Assembly: GCA_046350255.1 (NCBI GenBank)
Contig: JAXMAV010000033.1
Coordinates: 5,587-69,586, forward strand
Direction: 5' to 3'
DNA from: Gemmataceae bacterium
GTDB lineage: Bacteria > Planctomycetota > Planctomycetia > Gemmatales > Gemmataceae
DNA: 64,000 bases
This document shows positions 42,029 through 49,422 of this stretch, one piece after another. Both the position numbers and the translations under genes were made by a program. The notes under the pieces were generated by a model. The model was not told where the DNA came from. It worked only from the letters and a program-made list of their open reading frames with translations, and made no database searches. Each line of letters starts with the position of its first letter. Position 1 is the stretch's first letter.

Positions 42029-45000
42029 ATGTCATCGCATCCGCGAATTGATGTTCCCGGTAGCAGCGTGCGCGGGCGCCCTCCCGAGGCGCCCACCACC
42101 TCCACTGACGAACCTGTTTGCGACGAGGATGCCCTGGGAGGGCAGGACCCTTCCACGGACGACACCCCCACCATCATCACCAAGAATGCTGCCCAGGTGC
42201 GCTCGGCCACGCAGCCGCCGCCAACCTTCGTTGAAGATTCCGCTGCCGGGATTCGCGGCCGCCGCCTGGCCCATTTTGAGCTGATCGAGCCGATCGGCGT
42301 GGGCGGCATGGCGGCGGTCATCCGCGCGCGGGACACCCAACTTGATCGCTTCGTGGCGTTGAAGATTCTGCCGCCAGAGATGGCCCAGGACTCCGAGAAT
42401 GTGCGGCGCTTTCACCAGGAAGCACGTAGCGCCGCCAAGCTCGACCACGAGAACATCGCCCGGGTGTTTTTCTGCGGCGAGGATCAACGACTGCATTTCA
42501 TCGCCTTTGAATTCGTCGAGGGCGATAACCTGCGCATGCTACTCGAGCGGCGCGGCCGGCTTCCTGTCGGCGAGGCAGTGCATTACATGCTGCAGGTAGC
42601 CGCGGGCCTGGCTCATGCCATCCGGCGCGGCGTGGTCCATCGTGACATCAAGCCCTCAAACATCATCATCACGCCTAATGGTCGGGCCAAGCTGGTTGAT
42701 ATGGGCCTGGCGCGGTCGCTCGAACGCCGCACAGACGACGACCTGACGCAATCGGGGGTCACGCTGGGCACCTTCGATTACATCTCGCCCGAACAGGCCC
42801 TGGAACCTCGCGATGCCGACGTGCGCAGCGACATCTACTCGCTGGGCTGCACCTTCTACCACGTGCTGACCGGCCGTCCGCCGGTCCCCGAGGGCACCGC
42901 AGCCAAGAAGCTGCATCATCACCAACACGTCCGCCCCACCGACCCTCGCGAGTTTGTGCCCGACCTGCCGGTGGAGGTGGTCCAGATACTCGATCGGATG
43001 ATTGCCAAAAACCCGCGCGAGCGGTTTCAGTCGCCGGAACAGCTGGTGCAGGCGCTTCTGGCAGTGGCCCGGAAGCTGGGGACTGGCTCGGACATTCCTG
43101 AGGGAGTGCTGTCGGTCGAGACCTCACTGCCCAGCGCCCCGCCGAGTCGGCCGCTTGTTTGGGCGGCCGTCTCCGCCGTCGCTGTGGTAGTGGTGGTGCT
43201 GGTGCTCGATCAGGTGCCGAACAGCCCGTCGGATCCGCAGATGCCTTCCGATGCGCGGGCCGAGAAGCAGAATCCGGCCAATAACAGCAAGGGAAACAGC
43301 GGAGTGGCCCGGGGGCCCGAGACGGGACCGCCGACCAGCCCCGGCGATGGCGTGCGCGACGAGCATCGCTACATCGCTCCGGAGAATCCCACGGCCCGCC
43401 ACCTGGTGCAATGGCTCGAACAGCACCAGGATGCCCCCTGGCTGGAGTTGCAGCTGGCTGGCGATCTCGATCTCTCGTTCCTCCAGGGCGAACGGACCCG
43501 GAGCCTGATGCTCAAGGCCAGCCGACAGATCATTCTCAAACCGCGCGATCCGGGGCAAAAGGTAACTCTGCGTTTCAGCTACGATGGCGGTTCGCACACC
43601 GATGCGCTGGTCGCTCTCACGGTCGATGCTCCGGAAACGCAAATCGAGGGCATTCGCTTCGTGGTGGACGCCCATGGCGCCGAGAAGCAGATGACGTCGC
43701 TGATGTTGCTGGGCCGCAAGCACCAGGTGCAGCGCTGCGAGTTCATCCAGGCGCAGCCCTCGCTATCGTCGGAACATCCATTCACGTCACTGGTGGCGCG
43801 AGCGGGCGATCGGGCGCGAGGCGAAGTATCGCTTAGCGATTGCGTGTTTCTGGGGTTCGGCAAGGCGATGCCGGCCGCGGATCGCGAAGCAGGCCCGGAC
43901 GTCATGCGGCCCCTGGTGCCGGGGCTGGTGCTGAGTGAAGTGGATGCCGGGGGCCATCGAGCCATTAGCCGGGAAGGGGCGATCCGCATCCTGGCCGACA
44001 ACTGCGTGTTCGGTCCGCACGTCAGCGCCTTCCGGATCGAGGGCGCCATCGCGGGCGATCCCGGCGCGCTGGCCCTGCGCAACTGTACGCTGATGTTGCC
44101 GCCACGACGATCGTCCGCCTTCGATTGTTCCTCGGAGGCGCAGGTGCGACTCGACGTGCGGAGTTCGCTGTTTTCGCGTTGCGCGGGCGACACCGACGAT
44201 GGCGCCGTGCTGATCCGCCAGAGTGAAGATCGCGCCGGGGCGGTACTCTACCAGGGACAGGACAACTGCTACCACGACCTGGATGGTTTCTGGACCATCC
44301 GCGACAGCTGGCAGAAGGCGGGCTGGCGAGACTTCCGCCGGCGTCTGAGTGGCGAGAACCGCGACGATGGCTCGCGTCTCCTGATGGCCTCTCCCTGGGA
44401 GATCGACTGGGAGCAACAGCGGGCGCTGCTGGAGAAGGACGCCTACGCTGCGGCCTTTCATCTAAATCTTCGGCTGCCGGAGTTGCGTCGGACGGGACGA
44501 GGCGGACCGGACGACCTGATCGGAGCAGTGCGCATCGTGGGCGATGCCTGGGGACCGCGTGCACTGCCTCGCCTCGACGAGAAAACCGAGCCCAACGGCC
44601 CGCGTTTCCTGGTGGTTGAGCCCAGCGAGGAAGGCGGGACTAACGCTCCGGGCGTGCATGGCTCGCTCGGCGCTGCCATCGCTGTCGCCCACCCGGGGGA
44701 TACCATTCTGTTGCGCCATCAGGGCGAACTGGGCATCGATCCGGTGTTGCTGGGTAAGCAGGGGCTGCGCGACCTGACGATCAAACCGGCCCGGCGGTTC
44801 CGCCCTGTCTTGACCCTGGGTGAATTGACCGACTCCGACGTGTCGATGTTCCGCCTCTATGATGGCCGGTTGCGCCTGGAAGGGCTGGAGTTTCGGCTGC
44901 GCTCGGGCAAGCGTGATCCGCGGTCGCAGACGGTGCTGTCGCTCTACGGCGATGGCGAATGTCTCTTCAAGGATTGCGCGATCACCCTGCAGCGCGGTGG

Positions 45001-45721
45001 AGAGACCAGCGTCACCCTGGCCACCCTGGCCGAAACGGGCAAGTTCATGAAAACCGATCTGCCCGGCACCCGCTCGCGCGACCAGGGGCCGCGCCTCACC
45101 CTCGAAAACTGCTTCATTCGCGGGGATGGCGACCTGCTCGCCTCCCGGGCCAATCGGCCGTTCTCGCTCGACATCAAAGAGTCGCTGGTGGCCCTAGCCG
45201 GCTCCGTGGTCAATCTCGATTTGGCGCCCGATCAGACCATGCCGCCTACCGGGCAGGAGATGCGACTGGCACTGGATCGAGCCACCACTTACCTGGGTGG
45301 ACACCTGGTTCGGCTGAGTTCCGCGAAGGATCCACGCGGCCTGGTGCCGCTCCGCTGTCGAGCGGAAAACTCGCTGTTTCTCCCGGCCAGCACCAGCAAG
45401 ACCCTGGTACAGCTGGAGGGGCCGGACAGCGACGACAAGGGCCTTCGCGACAAGTTCACCTGGAAGGATGGCCGACAGAACGCCTACGGTGGGTACACCA
45501 GTCTGCTGACGCAGGATTCGACCGATGGCATGGCAGCGCCGATGGGCATGGACCGATGGAAGATGCTACCCGGCGAGGAAGCCAGCACCTTCAACGTGAA
45601 AATGGAGCGCCTGCCACCCACCACCACCTCGTTCACCTCCATCGAGGCGGGGCAGTTCCGGGTGCCCAAGACACTTAGCGACGTGGGAGCCCCGACCAGT
45701 CTGCCGGCTCCCCTTCCCTGA
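42029..45721 (+). CDS. Ser/Thr protein kinase with TM helix and ~830-aa uncharacterised extracytoplasmic region
   Basis: 'IGVGGMAAVIRA', 'VALKIL', 'HRDIKPSNIII', 'DMGLAR', 'GTFDYISPEQ', 'SDIYSLGCTFYHVLTGRPP'. TM helix 'LVWAAVSAVAVVVVVLVL'. Confidence 0.9.
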   Translation: MSSHPRIDVPGSSVRGRPPEAPTTSTDEPVCDEDALGGQDPSTDDTPTIITKNAAQVRSATQPPPTFVEDSAAGIRGRRLAHFELIEPIGVGGMAAVIRARDTQLDRFVALKILPPEMAQDSENVRRFHQEARSAAKLDHENIARVFFCGEDQRLHFIAFEFVEGDNLRMLLERRGRLPVGEAVHYMLQVAAGLAHAIRRGVVHRDIKPSNIIITPNGRAKLVDMGLARSLERRTDDDLTQSGVTLGTFDYISPEQALEPRDADVRSDIYSLGCTFYHVLTGRPPVPEGTAAKKLHHHQHVRPTDPREFVPDLPVEVVQILDRMIAKNPRERFQSPEQLVQALLAVARKLGTGSDIPEGVLSVETSLPSAPPSRPLVWAAVSAVAVVVVVLVLDQVPNSPSDPQMPSDARAEKQNPANNSKGNSGVARGPETGPPTSPGDGVRDEHRYIAPENPTARHLVQWLEQHQDAPWLELQLAGDLDLSFLQGERTRSLMLKASRQIILKPRDPGQKVTLRFSYDGGSHTDALVALTVDAPETQIEGIRFVVDAHGAEKQMTSLMLLGRKHQVQRCEFIQAQPSLSSEHPFTSLVARAGDRARGEVSLSDCVFLGFGKAMPAADREAGPDVMRPLVPGLVLSEVDAGGHRAISREGAIRILADNCVFGPHVSAFRIEGAIAGDPGALALRNCTLMLPPRRSSAFDCSSEAQVRLDVRSSLFSRCAGDTDDGAVLIRQSEDRAGAVLYQGQDNCYHDLDGFWTIRDSWQKAGWRDFRRRLSGENRDDGSRLLMASPWEIDWEQQRALLEKDAYAAAFHLNLRLPELRRTGRGGPDDLIGAVRIVGDAWGPRALPRLDEKTEPNGPRFLVVEPSEEGGTNAPGVHGSLGAAIAVAHPGDTILLRHQGELGIDPVLLGKQGLRDLTIKPARRFRPVLTLGELTDSDVSMFRLYDGRLRLEGLEFRLRSGKRDPRSQTVLSLYGDGECLFKDCAITLQRGGETSVTLATLAETGKFMKTDLPGTRSRDQGPRLTLENCFIRGDGDLLASRANRPFSLDIKESLVALAGSVVNLDLAPDQTMPPTGQEMRLALDRATTYLGGHLVRLSSAKDPRGLVPLRCRAENSLFLPASTSKTLVQLEGPDSDDKGLRDKFTWKDGRQNAYGGYTSLLTQDSTDGMAAPMGMDRWKMLPGEEASTFNVKMERLPPTTTSFTSIEAGQFRVPKTLSDVGAPTSLPAPLP

Positions 45722-45731
45722 GCGCGGGCGC

Positions 45732-45772
45732 AAAAAACAACCAGGCCCCGCATCCACTTTGGAGCCTGGTGT
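45732..45772 (-). terminator. Intrinsic terminator downstream of the 51-aa ORF
   Basis: On the minus strand: ACCAGGCTCC, loop, GGGGCCTGGT (9-bp stem with one mismatch), then TGTTTTTTG. Confidence 0.6.
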
Positions 45773-45797
45773 GCGATCGTTGGCGGCTACTCCGCCC

Positions 45798-45953
45798 TTA
45801 CTTCTTCTCGCTTTGCGACTCCGAGGCTGACTTCTTCTCGGTCTGTTCGTCCTTTTTGGGTTGCGCCTCGGCTTCCGGCTTCTTGCCGAAGATGAGGTCG
45901 TAGCCATCGGAGAAGTTCTTGGTTTCGGCGAGACCGACGCGAACGATGCTCAT
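45798..45953 (-). CDS. Small conserved-looking protein, 51 aa (not in the ORF track)
   Basis: GGGAGGAACAGC-ATG. MSIVRVGLAETKNFSDGYDLIFGKKPEAEAQPKKDEQTEKKSASESQSEKK*. About 40 of 51 third positions are G/C. A terminator follows. Confidence 0.6.
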   Translation of the reverse strand: MSIVRVGLAETKNFSDGYDLIFGKKPEAEAQPKKDEQTEKKSASESQSEKK

Positions 45954-46022
45954 GCTGTTCCTCCCAGGAAGGTACAGGATGGTGATGCACTCTACTTCAG
46001 TCTAATCGACCCGGCGCTGCTG

Positions 46023-46982
46023 TCAATCGTCCTGCATGGCCAGGCGAAAGCCATAGTTGCCCGACCCGCTGTCGGGCGAGAAACGTTCGCGTCCGCCGGA
46101 CCGACAGGTCCAGCTGTAGCTGTACCACGAGCCTCCGCGCAGCACGCGGAGCGCGCCGGTGAAAGGTCCGGACGGATCGTCGACGGGGCTGCTTTCGTAG
46201 TAGGAATCATTGTACCAGTCGGCGCACCACTCCCAGACGTTGCCATGCATGTCGAAGAGGCCGAACAGGTTGGGGGGATAGGCACCCAGGGGGGAGGTTT
46301 GATGCAGCCAGGGCCCCGTGGCCGCGGCACCGTAGGGGAAGTTGCCGTCGAAGTTGGCCTGCAGACTGGACAGATCAGGGCCGTAATGGAACGGAGTGGA
46401 GGTGAGGCCGCGGCAGGCGTACTCCCATTGGGCCTCGGTGGGTAACTGACATTTCCAGCGAAAGCGAGCCTGCAGGTCGGACACAAACTCCATGGCCGTG
46501 TGCCAGGAAATCCCCTCGACGGGCCGGTCGCCTCCTCGAAATCGTCCGGGGGCCTGGGTCGCAGTCACGGCTTCCCACTGAGCCTGGGTGACCGGGAAGA
46601 TGCCCAGCCAGAACGGCCGGGTCAGCGTGACGGGATGCACAGGCCCCTCGTCCTCGTCGCGGCGTTCCTCGGTGAGGGGGGTGCCCATGTAGAAGCTACC
46701 CGGAGGAATCTGCACGAACTCCAGCCCAAGATCCGGACCGATGGCCAGGCGTCGGCGCGGAAGCGGCAGACAGAAGCCTGCGGCCACCAGATCGCGCAGC
46801 TGTTGTTCGAGGGAAGGCCAAGCGGCATCACTGGTAGGTCGTCGCAGCTGGAGAAACAGGCGTACCAGTTCGGCGCGGGCCGGCTGGCTGGTATCGTCGA
46901 GCCAGTCGGCGAGGACAGCCCAGTTGGAATCCTCCCAAGGATCTGCCTCGATGGCAGCGAGAAGAGCCCTTTCGAGATCCAT
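46023..46982 (-). CDS. Formylglycine-generating-enzyme (SUMF1/FGE-sulfatase) family domain fused to a TIGR02996-type N-terminal domain
   Basis: N-terminus 'LERALLAAIEADPWEDSNWAVLADWLDD..QPARAELVRL'. FGE fold 'IPPGSFYMGTP', 'PVHPVTLTRPFWLGIFPVTQAQW', 'LPTEAQWEYACRG', 'NLFGLFDMHGNVWEWCADWY', 'RVLRGGSW'. Confidence 0.8.
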   Translation of the reverse strand: MDLERALLAAIEADPWEDSNWAVLADWLDDTSQPARAELVRLFLQLRRPTSDAAWPSLEQQLRDLVAAGFCLPLPRRRLAIGPDLGLEFVQIPPGSFYMGTPLTEERRDEDEGPVHPVTLTRPFWLGIFPVTQAQWEAVTATQAPGRFRGGDRPVEGISWHTAMEFVSDLQARFRWKCQLPTEAQWEYACRGLTSTPFHYGPDLSSLQANFDGNFPYGAAATGPWLHQTSPLGAYPPNLFGLFDMHGNVWEWCADWYNDSYYESSPVDDPSGPFTGALRVLRGGSWYSYSWTCRSGGRERFSPDSGSGNYGFRLAMQDD

Positions 46983-47223
46983 GAAGGTAGCTCCACGGGT
47001 GGCGCACCAGAGCCAGGGTGTCGGGTCGTCGGACTGCTTCCACCACGAATCTTCATTTCAAGATCTGTGGGAAGTGCATTCCGGCTGCTTGCGTCGCGTT
47101 CCCCTGACCTGTTAGTATAACGCAAACGAACCCGGTCTCGTGGACGCGCCTCTAACAGGCGGGAGCCGCCTGGTTGAGTCGATCGCGAGATCGGACTGGC
47201 GCGTCATTTCGAGAGGGTGCTTC

Positions 47224-47859
47224 ATGAATTCCTCTGCCAGCACTGCCCTGGACGCCAGTGTCTTGGTTCTTAACAAGCTGTTCATGGCCATCCACATCAT
47301 CTCGGTCCGGCGGGCGTTCAGCCTGCTGTGCAAGGATCAAGCCGAGGTGGTGAGCCTGGAAGACGGTCAGTTCATGACCTACGACTTCACGACGTGGCGT
47401 GAGGTCAGCGAATTCCGGGCGCGTCTGTATCGTCAGGAAGACGACGACTGGGTGCGAACCGTGACCAGCTCGATTCAGGTCCCCCGGGTCATTCGGCTCA
47501 TTGGGTACGATCGCTTGCCAAAGCAGACGGTGAAGTTCAACCGGCGAAACATCTTCGCCCGGGACAACAACCAATGTCAGTACTGCGGTAAGAAGTTCCC
47601 CACCAGCGAGCTGAGTCTTGACCATGTGGTTCCGCGGAGCCAGGGTGGCAACGCCACCTGGGAGAATATCGTCTGTGCCTGCGTCTCCTGCAACGTCCGC
47701 AAGGGAGGTCGGACGCCTCGGGAGGCCAACATGGCGCTGATCCGCAAACCGGAGAAGCCCAAGCGCAGTCCGATGTTGAACCTGAAGCTGACCAACCGCA
47801 AGTACCAGACCTGGAAATCGTTCCTCGACAATGCTTACTGGTCGGTGGAACTGAAATAA
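47224..47859 (+). CDS. HNH endonuclease
   Basis: 'DNNQCQYCGKKFPTSELSLDHVVPRSQGGNATWENIVCACVSCNVRKG'. Start at ATG 47224 (MNSSAST...); the track GTG 47140 is less likely. Confidence 0.85.
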   Translation: MNSSASTALDASVLVLNKLFMAIHIISVRRAFSLLCKDQAEVVSLEDGQFMTYDFTTWREVSEFRARLYRQEDDDWVRTVTSSIQVPRVIRLIGYDRLPKQTVKFNRRNIFARDNNQCQYCGKKFPTSELSLDHVVPRSQGGNATWENIVCACVSCNVRKGGRTPREANMALIRKPEKPKRSPMLNLKLTNRKYQTWKSFLDNAYWSVELK

Positions 47860-47860
47860 C

Positions 47861-47897
47861 CAGCGAGGCGGCCAGGACACTCCCGGCCGCCTCGCTG
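47861..47897. terminator. Perfect 13-bp hairpin between convergent genes
   Basis: CAGCGAGGCGGCC (47861-73), 11-nt loop, GGCCGCCTCGCTG (47885-97). Only a weak T-tract (CGTTGT). Confidence 0.45.
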
Positions 47898-47950
47898 CGT
47901 TGTCGGCCTGTCCCCAGTGCCTGCACTGTGGGAGGGAATCTTATTGTCTC

Positions 47951-48604
47951 TTACTGTTTGCCCAGGATGCCATCCAGCACCCAGCAGCCGCGAACGTGCC
48001 CACTGGCCGTGCGACAGTGCTGGAGCAAGGATTCATTCGTGCAACCGGCTTCTTCCAGGGCATCGGCCAGCACCGGCATCGTGGAGAAGTCGCGCGTCTG
48101 GTAGATGGCCTGGGCCATCTTTTCCACCGTCCGCCCCTGCCAGGTGAGTACTTCCTCATCCAGAGGCCAGGTTTGCGATTCGGGGCCCAGAATCTCCAGC
48201 AGGCAGTCTGCCAGCTCCTCGAACCATGCGGAATCGGCGGGATTTGTGTATGGAAGCGGCTGTCTCGGCAGCCCCGACACGCTAGAGGTTTGCTGGTACA
48301 CACTAGTGGCCCAGTTGATCGCGCGCACCATCATGGAGATGGGATCCTGCTCCGGCGACCAGAGCAGAGCCCAGGCAATGTCCACCGGGTTGAACCGTCC
48401 CAGGTAGCGAGCCGAGGCCAGTTGATGAGCCGAGGCCTGGCCGTCGGCAAATTGCTCGGCCAGGGCGATGGCGTTCTGGTTGTGGCGAAGCTGGGCGATG
48501 GGAAGCACCCGCATGAAGGCGCTGGCTGCGAGGCGCCAGCGCCGGGGGCTGGGCCTGGTTTCTACCAGCCTATTGAACAGGGCGTTCCAGTGGTTTTGGG
48601 TCAA
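47951..48604 (-). CDS. Hypothetical protein with C-terminal 'LADALEEAGC....L.HCR....HVRGCWVLD' motif
   Basis: 217-aa ORF. The C-terminal Cys/His motif is one I associate with expanded Gemmata/myxobacterial paralogue families; I cannot name the family. Confidence 0.6.
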   Translation of the reverse strand: MTQNHWNALFNRLVETRPSPRRWRLAASAFMRVLPIAQLRHNQNAIALAEQFADGQASAHQLASARYLGRFNPVDIAWALLWSPEQDPISMMVRAINWATSVYQQTSSVSGLPRQPLPYTNPADSAWFEELADCLLEILGPESQTWPLDEEVLTWQGRTVEKMAQAIYQTRDFSTMPVLADALEEAGCTNESLLQHCRTASGHVRGCWVLDGILGKQ

Positions 48605-49316
48605 GGGCGGCTCCTGGTTTCCGGGCCACGTTGCGTTCTCCCGTCATCCAGGCGGGCGCTTGCCAGGATTCGGGCTTCTTCACCCAGGGAGGCATTCCTT
48701 CCCAGGCAATATAGCCGAGGGCGAACAGGATGAGGTAGGTGGCAATGGTGGCCGGCACCGAGGGCGAGAAGAACTTCAGGGCCGAGCCTGCGAACTGATT
48801 GAATTGTATTTTGATCCCCGAGATGTTGACCGCGTAGATCTCGTCAAGGATGAGGTGCGAGAGGAACCCCACCATCACCCCAGCAGCGAGAAAGAGCCGT
48901 AGAGCGATATCGCGCGAGGGGTAGGTGAGATAAATGGCCAGCCCGCTGATGAGCAGAGCGGGAAGCGAATGAAACATGCCGCGATGCACAGTGAAGCGGC
49001 GGAAGAGATTGCTGAGGACGTAGCGGACGACGAAGTAGACGCCTGCGATGATGACCACACACTGCTCGAGCGACATGCCGTGTTCGCGGAGAGGATGGTA
49101 GGCCAGGAAGGCTGACACGGCCGCCAGCACGCCGAACATCTCGCGGACGGGCACCCCGGAATCGCTATCGAGGTCGGGGATGGCTCCGCCGACGCTGGTC
49201 AGCCCCGCGGCCAAGGCGCAGGTGCCCCAGTCGTAATCCTTTTGCAGTAGCGCCAGCGCCCCGTAGCCGACCCCGAGCGGGACCGCCAACGACATGTGCC
49301 CCTTAAAACTGGCCAT
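48570..49316 (-). CDS. Membrane-bound metal-dependent hydrolase (YdjM-like)
   Basis: Start ATG 49316: 'MASFKGHMSLAVPLGVGYGAL', 'IPDLDSDSGVPVREMF', 'HRGMFHSLPALL', 'SHLILDE'. The 104 upstream codons in the track overlap the fadB-like gene end. Confidence 0.7.
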   Translation of the reverse strand: MASFKGHMSLAVPLGVGYGALALLQKDYDWGTCALAAGLTSVGGAIPDLDSDSGVPVREMFGVLAAVSAFLAYHPLREHGMSLEQCVVIIAGVYFVVRYVLSNLFRRFTVHRGMFHSLPALLISGLAIYLTYPSRDIALRLFLAAGVMVGFLSHLILDEIYAVNISGIKIQFNQFAGSALKFFSPSVPATIATYLILFALGYIAWEGMPPWVKKPESWQAPAWMTGERNVARKPGAALDPKPLERPVQ

Positions 49317-49422
49317 GACCTCTCCTTGCCGGGCTAGAATTCCGACGGGCGCAGGTGGCCCGGCGCCGGGTCCGCGGCGCGCGAGCCATTGTGCGGCCAG
49401 GCCGTCTGGGAAGCAAGGTCGA

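Noticed and set aside
45566-45990. Track ORFs 45787-45990 (67 aa) and 45566-45907 (113 aa) on the minus strand
   Set aside because: Their products are Arg/Ser/Pro-rich and lack an RBS, and the longer one overlaps the kinase 3' end. The third frame (45798-45953) has the RBS, codon bias and terminator, so I annotated that one instead.
46023-46982. FGE/C-type-lectin fold as a possible diversity-generating retroelement target
   Set aside because: There is no reverse transcriptase gene, no template/variable repeat pair and no Avd-like gene anywhere in the window.
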